A DNA stretch of 64,000 nucleotides from Octopus vulgaris. Lineage: Eukaryota. How positions within the stretch are numbered: the first letter of the stretch is position 1; each line of letters opens with the position of its first letter. The stretch spans positions 22,940,001 to 23,004,000 of the forward strand of contig OX597830.1 of assembly GCA_951406725.2 (NCBI GenBank), given 5' to 3'. Shown one piece after another: positions 12,135 to 25,829 of the stretch. The translations under genes and the position numbers were made by a program. The notes below the pieces were generated by a model that saw nothing but the letters and a program-made list of their open reading frames with translations, was not told the origin of the DNA and ran no database searches.

Positions 12135-12837
12135 AAAAGATATTTTTAATACCTTAACATAGAAATAAAGCTTACTGATTCGAATCCAATCTGAAATTGG
12201 AATAAGCCTCCCAATGTTTAATGGGGACCAAACGTATTGAAATGTAGTAATAGTAGTAGTATGGGACATGTGCTGTAACATTGTGTCGCTGCACCCGCCA
12301 GTAACACCATACCCCAGCCACCTCCATCACAGATACAAAATGGAAATATTTACCTGGGTGTCTTTTAAAAGACGCAATACATAACATGACTTTATAGTTA
12401 GGCCCCTAAAACAGAACCTTTGTGTTTGTCACTGAAGCAGGAACAAAGATACTTTGTAGGGATGATGGTGGTGACGGTTTTGGGGTTTAGGTGCAATTTA
12501 TTAAAGAAAACCCAAAAAAAACGAAGAGGTTATTTAACCCCAACTAAGCACTGCTTGCATAGACCCATGATCACTGGTGCTTCATCAGCGACTATCCCAT
12601 CTATCATTCGGGCTGTCTATCTAGGACAACATTATCCAAAGTGTCTTTACTTAAAGACAACAGGACATGATTCAAGGGAGATTTGACTTCTATTTCTAGC
12701 AGATAGAATGACTACATATTCACTCCTTCATTCATGTTGCTCTTTAATCACAGATCAATTCTAACTATTCCAACTATGAACACTGCAATGCTAATAACCT
12801 GATGTTAGAACCTAAGCACATATATACATGTATGTAT

Positions 12838-12895
<58 letters not shown>

Positions 12896-13057
12896 GGGTG
12901 TAGGAGTGGCTGTGTGGTAAGTAGCTCGCTTACCAACCACATGGTTCCGGTTTCAGTCACACTGCGTGGCACCTTGGGCAAGTATCTTCTACTATAGCCT
13001 CGGACCAACCAAAGCCTTCAGTAGATTTGGAAGATGGAAACTGAAAGAAGCCAGTCC

Positions 13058-13114
<57 letters not shown>

Positions 13115-13168
13115 CTGTTTACTCTTTTACTTGTTTCAGTCATTTGAAAACAATAAAAGAATATGTAT

Positions 13169-13207
<39 letters not shown>

Positions 13208-13486
13208 CACATAAACATATATATAATATAAAGTAAGAGCGGGAAAAATTACATCAAAAAATCACATAAGATATATGCCCATAATATAACTAATATTGCA
13301 TTAATAGATAAATATACAAGGTATGATCTATTAATACAATATTATTTATATTATGGACGTATATCTTACTTTACAATCACTCTTATTAAATCTCTAAAAA
13401 CCCTTAAGGCTTTAGACATTTCCCTACCAAGAACACTTATTCGAAATTCAGTATACTGTATTCTCATTGAATATATTTGATTAACT

Positions 13487-13519
<33 letters not shown>

Positions 13520-14498
13520 CGTTATATATACACACACATCTTTATTCATATTCTTCCATTTATTCTTTTATTTGTTTGTCAGTAAGCTGCGACCATGCTG
13601 GGGTACCACTTTGAAAGGTTTTGCCAGTAAATTTATATATTTTAAGTTTGGTACTTAGTCTACTAGTCTCTTTTTTGGTGTATTACTACACATATACACA
13701 ATATATATAGCATAATTGTGTGTGTCTGTGTGTAGACTGAAATCTTACAGTTCAAATGAACTTCATCTTTTCCTTCATAACATTAAACTTAATTGCAGAT
13801 CATTGCAATATCAGTAGACACGCTTTAAAAAAATTCCTGTCTGTGTTTCTTGTGAACTTGCTTTAGAGCTGCTATTGAAAGATTTTTATCATTAAACACA
13901 CCCATACAAAGACACTTATTCAATCATAGAGCAACACACACACATTTAAAAGGGGGTTTCTGGCTTTGGATAAAAGAAAATACAAGAGGGAAAATAAATA
14001 ATGATTTCAATTAACATATTCCCCTTTCAGATTCACACACTTATTACAGTAGTCCTTCAGTTTTTCTAAACCATGTAAAAGAACTCAGAAGGTTGGGCCT
14101 CTAACCAGGCCTTTTGTGATACCCTTCAACTCAGGAACTTTCCAGTGACCTCTTGTAGTCTCAAACACATACAAAGTGAACATAAGTTAGCTATTCTTCC
14201 TTACAACGGGCAGCTCTATTCTTGCTATATAAACTAAAAGTTGTTTTTCCTGAATATTATCTGTCCTGGCCCCACCACATCTGATTCATTGAGGAGGTAC
14301 TTGACAGAGAGATTAAATTACAGGCATTTATCTTAACTAACAAGGCCTATCAGTTGCCAATACAAACCCTCATCAGCCCTCTCACATTCTATTGTGTTAC
14401 TTTTAAGTGTGCATAGTGGTTTGATGTGTGTGGGGGTGTTGGATGTGCATGCGCGTATATAGATTGATGTATGTCTTTCTCTTTCTCTCCCTATATAC

Positions 14499-14530
<32 letters not shown>

Positions 14531-14531
<1 letters not shown>

Positions 14532-16080
14532 TACCCAGAAGCATGCTAATAGCTTAGGAGTGAAATTTAGGATTTCTCGGGTTTTCTGTGAATCGATTTT
14601 GATAAAACATTTCCCAGCTGGTCTGCACACTAATGGCATCACCATTGTTATGTTTTCCTTATTCGGTGTAACGTCCTTTTTTTATTTCAGATTCAACAGT
14701 TTTTGGGTGAACCATGTTAATAGCGTCTCTCCTCTCTAAGAACAATGAGACATGGAAAAGGCCTTAACGATGAAGAAAAATCTGTCATCGACAAGGAAAG
14801 TGCTAAAGGCACCTCTTTACATGTCCTTGCGGAGATGTTAGGTTGTCATGTGGACACAGTTAGATGATTCCCGAAGGACCTGTCGTCAAGGAAGAAATGA
14901 TCCGATAGAGGGACCTCCATAGATGTGACAGCTAGGGACTTAAGGAACATTGGCCGAAAGTTATGTGGGAAACCTGAAAAAACAAGCAAAGCCATTTTCA
15001 CCACCTCTGGACTTCCTCATGTATTGAAAACCACCAGAAATCATGTCCTTGGAACCATGGCTTATGTGTGAGGACTCATGAAACTTTAATGCCCCGTCAC
15101 AGAAGTTTGAGGTTTCAATAGGCCCAAAAGTACTTGACGTTAGACATAAGTTGTATTCTGTTCACTGGCAAAACCAGGGCGACCCTTGACGGACCTGACA
15201 GTTGGGAAAATGGTTGGGTTTATTTTAGAGATGAGCATCACCAACAATTACGACTTCAACAACAGGGTGGAAGTGCCATGTTGTGGGCTGGTGTCATTGG
15301 GGACAGACTTGTTGGCCCAGTCAAGGTGCCTGAAGGGGTTAAAGTGACTGCAGCTACTCGCTGCAATCTCTTGAAGGAGATCTTGGTTCTCTGGCAAGAT
15401 GACACACGATGCATGGGTACGAGATTCCTTAGAATCTCATACTCATGCATGACAACACTTCCATCCCTACTCTGCTAGAACCACCTAAACATTATTAGGG
15501 TCTTACGGCATACAAGGTGAAATGTTGATGGTGTGGCCGTCAGCATCTCCAGATTTCAACCCTATTGAAAATCTTTGGTCCACATTAAACAAGATTTTCA
15601 TGCCTATGGATGCTAATTTATGTCAAAAGATATCTTATGGGTGACCATCAAAGCTGCAGCAGAGGCAATCCAACTTGATACTATTAAGAAACTGACAGAT
15701 TCTATGACTAATAGGGTTTTTGAAGTTATTCATCGAAATGGCGCTCATGTGGCTAAATAATTCATAATGTGAATGTTATAATATTATTATGCTTTTCTAT
15801 TAAATATATACTCAGTGTATGCTTAATATGTATCGCTGCCCTTCATTTTCTGAAAAACAAATATCTAGATTAGCTATTTTCATTCAAAAGCTGTTAGTGT
15901 GGTTCGCCCAAAAACTGAAGAATTTGAAATAAAGGACGTTACACCAAATAATGAAAACATAACAATGGTGTTGCCATTAGTGTGCAGACCAGCTGGGAAA
16001 TGTTTTATCAAAATCAGTTCACGGAAAACTGAGAAATCCTAAATTTCACTTCGAAGCTATTAGCATGGTTCTGGGTGGGT
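14531..16080 (+). mobile_element. Tc1-like DNA transposon, DD37E (TRT-type), full length, inactivated transposase (14745-15760)
   Basis: ~190-bp TIRs (14533-14723 / 15890-16076). Transposase MRHGKGL..., ILFTGKTRATLDGPDSW, QQGG.AMLWAG, MHDN..., WPSASPDFNPIENLW; 37 residues between D and E after frameshift correction; several stops. Confidence 0.9.
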
Positions 16081-16266
16081 GTGTGTGTATATATATATAC
16101 ATATATATATAAATATATACATGTGTGTGTAGCAAGAGGAAGGCCCTGTGGCAGAAAATACAATACTTCAATAGTGTTTTTGTCTATCCATGTTAGCATG
16201 GAAAGAATAGATGAATGAACGATGTGTTTTATACACACATAAATATGTATATACATACACACACAC

Positions 16267-16315
<49 letters not shown>

Positions 16316-16745
16316 ATGTATGTATCATTGGTGGTTATCAAGCTGCTTCTTTTACACTAAAAGACAACAAAAACAATGTTAATGAGAGAATATTAACAAA
16401 AGAAAAAAAGGAGAAAAACAAACAATAAAAACAACAGGATGAATAACAAATCGGTGGTAGAGGTGGGAGGAGGGTCTGCAAGGGTGGGAGGAGTTACTCG
16501 GCTAGAGAGGTGTTAGTATTTTTTTTTTTCAGCAGATCAATGGGTGATGAGGGGAGGAGGAGGGGTGTTGAAGGCAGAGGTTTGATTGTGGTGTATGTGT
16601 GTGTGTGTGTGTGTGAGTGTGTGTGTGGGGAGAAAACACAACCTCAGTCTGGATTAATCAGACACATGCAAGCATACACACACATGCACACACACTTTCA
16701 GGCATATGAGGCATACACAAATACATGCACACACAATTCAATGAA

Positions 16746-16780
<35 letters not shown>

Positions 16781-16991
16781 TGCATCTACATATATTTACA
16801 TCATGTCTATGATGTGTGTATGTATATATACATATGTATATATATGACATACATATACGAATGAGTATATGTATATATATATATATATATATGACATACA
16901 TATATGAATGAGTATATATGTATATATATAAACATTTGTGTGTATATATATATATAGACATACGTATATATATATATATATATAGACACAC

Positions 16992-17029
<38 letters not shown>

Positions 17030-17723
17030 GTGTGTATATATATATATATATACATATTAACATTTATGTGTGCATATACATATTCTCACATACATATACT
17101 CATACATATGGATACAAAAGGCTCACACACATACACACACACAGGTATACACAACACACTCACACACACACATACTGTGAAAAAAAAAAATTCATAAAAG
17201 CATATACAAGTTGGTATAAAAATAACAAAATTTGAGTGAATTCTTTCCCTCAAATGACTTAGAACGGCAGATTGAGTGAAGAAGTCCTTATTACTTGGTC
17301 TTGGAGTGCCACTTGCCTTTTGTGTTCAAGTGGGGATAGCAACGTTAAGGATATTGAGGGTTCTTTTTTTTTAATTTTTGGTTGTTTGCTTTGGGACAGC
17401 GCTGTTTTTTTTCTTTTCTTTCTCTGTCTTCTCTCTTTCAACGGGCTACGATTGATTAAAATGATATTGATTGAAATCATATTTTGGGTAATCAATTAAA
17501 TAACATCAATAGTAACGGGTTAAATACTTCACAGGAACATGTGGAAACATGTGGCTATATATATATATGTGTGTGTGTGTCTATGTTTATATATGTGTGT
17601 ATGTATGTATGAATGCAAGAATATATATATATATACATATACACACACACGTACAAATATATACATATACACACACACACACTTGGTTTTTGTATTTGGT
17701 TTGCAAGATTCTTGATTTGAGTT

Positions 17724-18000
17724 TGTGTGTTGAAACACATCTTGTCTTGGGAGGGTTATTATGCCAATAATAACAAACACATGCACTGGTTCAATATCAC
17801 TTCTTTGTCAGCAAGTGGGTTAATCAAATAAATAATTGATCATTTGTTTAAGCAACATATTAAACAAACGATCGATTAATTGCTTTGATATCTCACCAAT
17901 TGACTAACAACGAAGAAGTGATATTGAGCCTGTCTGTGCATGTGTTTATTATTATCTGTATAACAACCTTCCCAATACACAAGATATAAGTTCACACACA
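17724..18000. repeat. Imperfect ~270-bp palindrome downstream of the xylosyltransferase stop
   Basis: tcaatatcacttct / agaagtgatattga; attgatcatttgtttaa / ttaaacaaacgatcgat; aaacacatgcac / gtgcatgtgttt; centre ~17855. Confidence 0.75.
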
Positions 18001-19989
18001 CACACACACACACACAAAAACAGACAAAAAAGAGATGGGCAAGATACATACACAGATGGTATGTATGGTAAGGAATGGCACAAAAACCACTCCAATCTTG
18101 TCAGAATTTACTGATTTGGACTTCAAAAAGTGATAAACTGTTCAGTCCAGTGGTTCCATTCCTGAATAACCTCAGCAATCCATGGGTCAAGCACACCAGC
18201 ACTTTCTTACTAATCATGTGACCAGATTTTCTTTACATAAACAAGTTAGATATTTTGGTTTTTACCATTTTCTGTAATACTTAGGAACCACCCTGTCTTG
18301 CCTTCATGTATGTGTATATATACACACACACACATTTACATAGATGTATATAGACACACACACACACTATACAGATGCATACATATGGATGGATGTATAA
18401 CTATATATATTCAAGTATACACAGTCAACTCTGCTCCGATGCTTTTTAACCCTTTAGCATTAACAGCTACCTCATCAAAATCTCATAGCTCCAAGATAAT
18501 GCATGATTAGTTCAAAACGATGTGGATTAAAAAGGATTAATTTTGGCAGAATAATGCAAACACTAAAGGGTTAAAGACATGGCTGTAAAAGGAAGGACAT
18601 TTAGCTGCTCTTTCTAGCAGAGCAAGTAAGTAACCTCATAGGAGCTACATTAAAGTACCTTGTTTTGGAGCCATGTTTTATTTATAGTCAGCTACCTTTA
18701 GTTGATGTCACCCTTTTAATGGTGAAGTTACACAGACTGAGATCAGCTGAGTTCAAGTACTGTGATGGAAAGAGAAGGGTAGCAAAATGGATACAGCAGC
18801 TCCTTCTGTCAACGTGGAGGAGCAACCTCTTGTCTGGTGAACAGATCAAGAGCAAAAAGTTGAAGAGCCTTGATTTGGATGGTGGGCATAACATACTGAC
18901 TGTTAGGTAGGTTTGAACTCAAAACTACAAGTATGGCAAGATGTTTGGATCAAATGCTAACCCTAGGTTTAATGTAATGTTATGCTCATGTAACTGGACA
19001 TTTGTCCTTACACATACATACACACACAAATATATACAAAAATGAGGATATAAAACACATACACACATATAGAAAATATATATATACATGATATGATGGG
19101 ATTAAACTTACCAGCATGTGCTTTTAGTAAAATATATGGATTTACCTTCACAATATGTACTTTCCAAAAGGCCTGTACTCATAAGAATCCCTTACATATC
19201 TATTCCTTCTAATACTGTCTAGGGCTTCTATTAATTATATACAGACACACACACACATATACATAAAAATGTATATAGCTACATATATAAACATACATAT
19301 CATATGCATAAATACACACACACACATATATATATATATATAGACACACATACATATGCTACATATATGGTAATATAAATATATCAGTTATATCTATGCC
19401 TTTTGTTGTGTGTGCATGTAGAGCACCAAAACTGCACTGACACATGTGCAGATACATGCACACACACGCACACACCACTACTGAATAGCCATTGGGTATT
19501 TCCAGTAAAACTGACAGTCTAGGTGATTTAGTTTTCTTTTTGCAACAATTTTTTTTTCGTAAGTAATTTTGGTAGATGACACACAAAAAAAAAAGACATG
19601 AAATGGTATTTTTCAATCTGCACCCACACCATACTCCAAAATATGATTTCATAATTAGCATTTTTCATCATTAATATTTGCATTTTTTTTTAGTAATTTC
19701 AAATTTGCATTTGTCCACTTTTGGTTGTAATTTGCATCATTCCTTTAAAAAAAAAAAAGAAAAAACACAGAATGAATTACAAAAAAAAAAAAAAAAAAAA
19801 AAAAACTAGGATGGCACAGTTGAGATTCAAATATTGAATCATTATAGATCCCAATTCTGGGAACATGATATTCCCCTTTCCTCTGCTGCCACTGTTGGTT
19901 CTATTTTTAGTTTGTCCCATACAGTGACTGAGGTCCATCGAGGAGGAGAGAGGTACCATGTCCCAGAACTATCCTCACAATAATGAAAG

Positions 19990-20658
19990 CTACCGAAGGT
20001 ATCCTGTATTTTCATCGACCAGTGTAATTGTTGACTTTGTATCTGTTGACATGGAGCTCCAGGTGGAGTGTTCACATTTCTCGAGTACCCCACATAAAGG
20101 TACTGTCTCCTTGTGTGCACAGAAGTTCTGAAGCTGCCAAAATTCTGCAGTTAATGTGTCGATCCACCTCTCAAGATCTTTTCCAACCTTGCGACCATTG
20201 ATGGTCGCCCGGTTTTCGGCTTCGGTGATGTTCTCGATTTTTAGTGGTTTCCGAAAATCTGAGAAGTCGAAGTCTTTTTCGAGGTAATGTCCTTTGGGTC
20301 CGTTGTGAGTTGCATAGATCTCGGGGGCAAGGATGGGTCTCTCTTGGTAAAAACTCAATGGGAGAATCAGAAACTTCACTTCAGCAAATGTCTCCCATTC
20401 ATGGAAAACTTTTATAGTCCAGACGCCTGGGCGCAAAGGCTTTTTAAATTGGGGTTTGTGTGCGCCAATATGTACACCAGATGGGATTTTCATATCAAAG
20501 GATGCTGCAACAGTATTACTAGGGTCAATCCAGGCAACTGAGACAGCTACCTCGTTGCCATTACCCCATGAATGGCGTAAGGCAATGTTGCTGTAAGGTC
20601 CCATCAGCTGACCATAATTCCTGAAAATCAGTTCTTTCGGGTCAAAATCAGTGCCAAC
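19990..20658 (-). CDS. oxt: Xylosyltransferase terminal coding exon
   Basis: ttccag| [21 protein letters not shown]...[10 protein letters not shown]...[23 protein letters not shown]; 669 nt, phase 0. Confidence 0.95.
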   Translation of the reverse strand, partial: VGTDFDPKELIFRNYGQLMGPYSNIALRHSWGNGNEVAVSVAWIDPSNTVAASFDMKIPSGVHIGAHKPQFKKPLRPGVWTIKVFHEWETFAEVKFLILPLSFYQERPILAPEIYATHNGPKGHYLEKDFDFSDFRKPLKIENITEAENRATINGRKVGKDLERWIDTLTAEFWQLQNFCAHKETVPLCGVLEKCEHSTWSSMSTDTKSTITLVDENTGYLR

Positions 20659-23600
20659 CTGGAATATAGAAGGAAAAACATCGTCAATAACAAGAACAAG
20701 AAGGAAGAAAAAACACTAAGAAAATGCGATGGAAGAGAGTCAAAATAATTTGCAAAAACAAACATCACTGAAAGTCCCCAGGATATTACAGTTTAGAGTC
20801 CTAGGACTCATACAGCTGGTTACCTGGTATGTAAGTGGAGGCATGTGGTTTAGTGATTAGGGTGTTGGACTCGTGGTCATAAGATTGTGGTTTTGATTCC
20901 TGGGCTGGGCAACGCATTGTGTTCTTGAGGAAAACACTTCATTTCACAATGCTCCAGTCTACTCAGCTGGCAAAAGTGAGTAAACCCTGTGAAAGACTGG
21001 TGTCCTGTCCAGGTGGGGAATCTATATATGCCGTTGAAACCGGGAAACTGGCCCTTATGAGTTGGCATGACTTGATAAGGTAACTTTACCTTACTTTACA
21101 TGGCCATATTAGTGATCGAGATCACAATATTGTCTCTGAATATGATACCAATCCATCGCAGGGTTACTCATTTATAGCCGAGCACACTGGAGCAATATGA
21201 AATTAAATCTCTTACTACAGGACACAAATGCACTGCTTGGTCTAGAAATTGAAATCGCAATCTAGTGACCATGAGTAGAATGCTCTAACCACTGGGCAAT
21301 GTGCCTTCACAAATATCAGCAATAAGAAACAGAAGAGTTCTGAATAAAGACAGTAAAGATGTTTGCTTTTTTAGCATCTGCCTGAATGAATATTCAGTGT
21401 TATGGAAGATACAGCAATCTAGTGGATGAGATATTTTCAATACCTTAGTTTAGAAATAAAGGTTACTGGTTCGAATCCAATCTAAAACTGGAATAAGCCT
21501 CTTAATGCTTCCTGGAGGTGGAGGCATGTGGCTTAGTGGTTAGGGTGTCAGAATCATGATCGTAAGATTGTGGTTTTGATTCCTGGACCGGGCGACATGT
21601 TGTGTTCTTGAGCAAAACACTTCCTTTCATGTTGCTCCAGTCCACTCGGCTGGCAAAAGTGAGTAACGCTGCGATGGACTGGCGTCCCGTCCAGCTGGGG
21701 AAAACATACGCCATTGAAACTGGGAAACCGGGCCCATGAGCCTGGCTAGGCTTTAAAAGGGCGCATTTATTTTTTTCATGCTTGCTGGAGAGCAAATGTA
21801 TTGAAATTTAGTAGTAGTATGGAGCATGAGCTGTAACAACAAGTCGCTGCATCTATCATTTGTTGGTGATACCCTACTCCTAGTGGCTGGAAGGAGGCCA
21901 GGAGTCATTGAAATGTATTGATATGGATATAAGTGTAGACTCTCAACTCTGGAAACTTGGGATTTTAAGGAATGCCAGTTCATTCTAGACATTTAATCTT
22001 TAATGCTAGACTAGGTTGAAGACAAGTGAGAGATGTCAACTTTTTCAACTTATCAAATAGTCAATTACCTAGAGAGAGTGCTCAAAGCTGGTACTAGGGT
22101 ACTCGACACTCTAGGCTGTTTACTCATTTTGGTCAACCCTATACGGTGACAATCTTGTTTATATTTAAGGGATCAGGAATTATGTGCATTATTTACATTT
22201 GATGGATATTTGTCCTGATGAAGGTTGGAGAGTATATCAGCCAAAACGTTGTGTTAACAAACAAGATGAGGACAAATATCCGTCAAATGTAAATAATGTA
22301 AATAAGTGACAATCTTTTTTAATTTTTCTTTTTCGGCAACTTTCTTTCAACCATCGTCTTCATTACACCATCTGTTTAGCTCTCTCTTCAGAGTTTCTCT
22401 TGCCACCACTAATTAACAATAAATATTATAGTTTTATGATTGCTGAGTAAATCTGTTACTGGGCAATATTTGAAATACTTCCTGCCAAATCGTGACAGGT
22501 CATAAGACCATATGAGTCTCTCAACTAAATCCCCACCCATTCATATCTCTTATTCTTCTTTGTTCCAGGAGTGACCTCACATGCTCTCATTATTTACAAA
22601 GTTTTCATATTTTTAACAGGATTCAGAAGTTTTGTGCAAGTTATTTGTGGTTCCCCCAATTTTAGCATCCCTAGCAATCACCTAGTTTGCTTGTTATGTA
22701 ATACCTGCCTCTAAAAGTAAGTTACCTTTATAAGTTGTGCTGACTCATAAGGGCCGGTTTCCCAGTTTCCCATGGCATATGAATTCATCACCCGGATGGG
22801 ATGTTGGTCCATCGTAGGATGACTCACTTTTGCCAGGTTAGTGGACTGGAGCAACATGAAATGAAGTATTTTACTCAAAAACACAATGGATCACCCAGTC
22901 CAGGAATTGAAACCCTAATCTTACAATTATGAATCCAACACCCAAACTACTAAGCCACCCACTGCCACAATGGCCTCTAAGAATACCAGCTGATGGGTTT
23001 TGCAAACTTAGCAAAATTGCAGTCCCACCCCTGCTCCCATTCACCCTCTTGTATCTTAAGTGTATGTCCTGACACCTCATTACTACTGTCTTTGCTTTTC
23101 CTGCTAGGGTAGCCATGTATCTCCTCTACTGCAACACACCTGTTCCCTATCCCACTATCATACCCTTGTCTCTCATCACCTGACACAAAGCCACCTCCCT
23201 CAAGTTGAAGTCATTCTGACACTTCAAATGGAATTGCAACATTGGACTTGGGTTGCGGGGAAACCAAAACCACAACATGGAGGGATAAGTAGAGATGGAT
23301 GGTGAGGGGTGAGGTTGATAGATGAGTGTATGGAGTAATGGATGGCCAGCTAGATAGATGGATGAATGGACAAATGAATGGACTGATTGATGTAGGAGAG
23401 ACAAATGGATTAATGGCTAGAGAGATTGATGAATTGATGGAGCGTCCAAGGGATGGATTGATAGATGGTTGGACTGATGTATGGATGGATTGAATGGGGG
23501 ATTGACTGATGGATGGAATGAAGGATGGATTGATTGATGGTAGGAGAGATGAATAGATTAACAGCTGGAGAGATTTGATAGATGCATGGATGGGTGGTTG

Positions 23601-25772
23601 AACTGATGAATGGATAGTTGGACTGATGGATGGATAGATTGAATGGTGGATTGACTGATGGATGGATGGATAGAGACATGGATTGATTAATGGATTGACT
23701 GATAGATGGATGGACTGGTGGACGGGTTGGCTGATTAATGGACTGACTGATGAATGGATGGACTGATGACTGACTGGACTTAGGGATAGCTGGATGGACT
23801 GGTATGCTGTTGTACCAATGAAAAGGCAAAATGTACAGATGTGTAAAACAAACCCCAAATACCAAGAAACAGCTGTGGTCCTTACCTCGAGACCTTGCAG
23901 ACGGTCCACTGAGTTGCCTGTGTTGTACATCATGTAGAAGGTCTTGGGATGCAGCTGTGTCTCCAGGGTATAGACTTTACCTGAACTCATCTGCTCAGCA
24001 GTGAACTTCACTAGCAGGCCATGGAAATGGTCCGTTTCAAAAAACATGTTTACTTCAAGCAGTTCAATGAAGCGTAACCGACAACGCCTGTTTGAGTCGG
24101 TGAGGTGCCGCAAGGAGAGACGGATGAATGAGTGAAAGAATGTGCGGTAGGCATCGTCAACTTTGGTATTTCTGTCGAGATGATGGAACTCATTCTGCCA
24201 GTAGCTGTTGAAACCAGGGAAAGCTGGAAATATATATAAAAAAACAAACAATTATTTCCTGATAATAACATAGAGGTAATGTTGATGGCAGAGATGAGGA
24301 AATACAATCTCAGACTATGCTGGCATTTCAATACAACATCTGAAGCAGTGTGTTTTTATTTCTTTAATGGGTTAGTCATAAGATGGACAATGAGCAAAGC
24401 CTTGTACAGGGACTCTAACACTAGTGAGAGAAGGCTTGTCTATGTTCGTATCTTTCCTTTAGGCTTTTATCAGAATCTCACTAGTTTTGGATAACAAATT
24501 AAGAATATGCCAGTCATTATCATCATCATCATCGTTTAACGTCCGCTTTCCATGCTAGCATGGGTTGGACGATTTGACTGAGGACTGGCGAACCAGATGG
24601 CTGCACCAGGTTCCAATCTTGATTTGGCAGAGTTTCTACACCTGGATGCCCTTCCTAATGCCAACCACTCCGAGAGTGTAGTGGGTGCTTTTACGTGCCA
24701 CCGGCATGAGGGCCAGTCTGGCGGTACTGGCAATGGTCATACCCAAATGGTGATTTTTTTTACGTGCCACCCGTACACTGGCACAAGTGCTAGTAAGGCG
24801 ATGCTGGTAACGATCACACTCGAATGGTGCTTTTTATGTGCCACTGGCACGAATGCCAGAAAGCCACTCTGGCAATGATCACACTCGGATGGTGCTCTTA
24901 GTGCTCCACTAGCACGGATGCCAGTCATTGAATTTGATTTTGATTTCACTTGCCTCAACAGGTCTTCGCAAGCAAGTCCAATGAAGGGACGGTATGCATA
25001 AGTAGGCTGGTTACACCCCTGGCATAGGCCACAAGGTTATGGTCTCATTTGTTACATAAAAAGCTCCTGTGCTGGTGCCATTTAGAAAAGCATCCGTGCT
25101 GATGTCATGTAAAAAGCACCTGTGCCAGCACCATGTAAAAGCACCCAACACACTCTGTAAAGGGGTTGGCCTTACAAAGGCCATCAAGTTGTAGAAACCA
25201 TACCAAAACAGATAATTGGCGCTTGGTGCAGCCCTCCAGCTTTCAAGCTCCTGTCAAACCACCCAGCCCATGCCAGCATGGGAAACAGCCATTAAAAGAT
25301 GACAATGAAGAAGTGTGTGCATCTTCTTATCTTGACATTATATGATGATACAGCAGAAGACTCTTGCCCAGGGTGCAATGCAGTAGGACTGAACCCAAAA
25401 CTATATGGTTGAGAAACAAACTCCCTAACTACACAGCCAACACTGTGTCTACTTGCACAACCACAGCTATTTACATAAATCTACACACATATATATATAT
25501 AAAAAATAAAGGGCAAAATGAATTAATAATTAATAATTTTACCAAGTAGTTCAGTATGTTAAAGAACCATTAGCGGTAAACTTAAACAAAAATTTTTATA
25601 ATTATGAGTATAATTACAATTAGGGTTCAGCAAAAATTTGCTTCATCACATACCGAAATTTAGAAATAGCAGTTAAAAACTAACTATTTCTCTACCATAA
25701 GAAAATCTGGAAGAACCAAATTTTTGCTGAACCCTAATTATAATTATACTCATAATTATGAAAATTTTTGTT

Positions 25773-25829
<57 letters not shown>

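Noticed and set aside
23211-23885. C-terminal extension of the 346-aa ORF
   Set aside because: Read-through past the GT donor at 23885 into an intronic (CATC)n-like tract.
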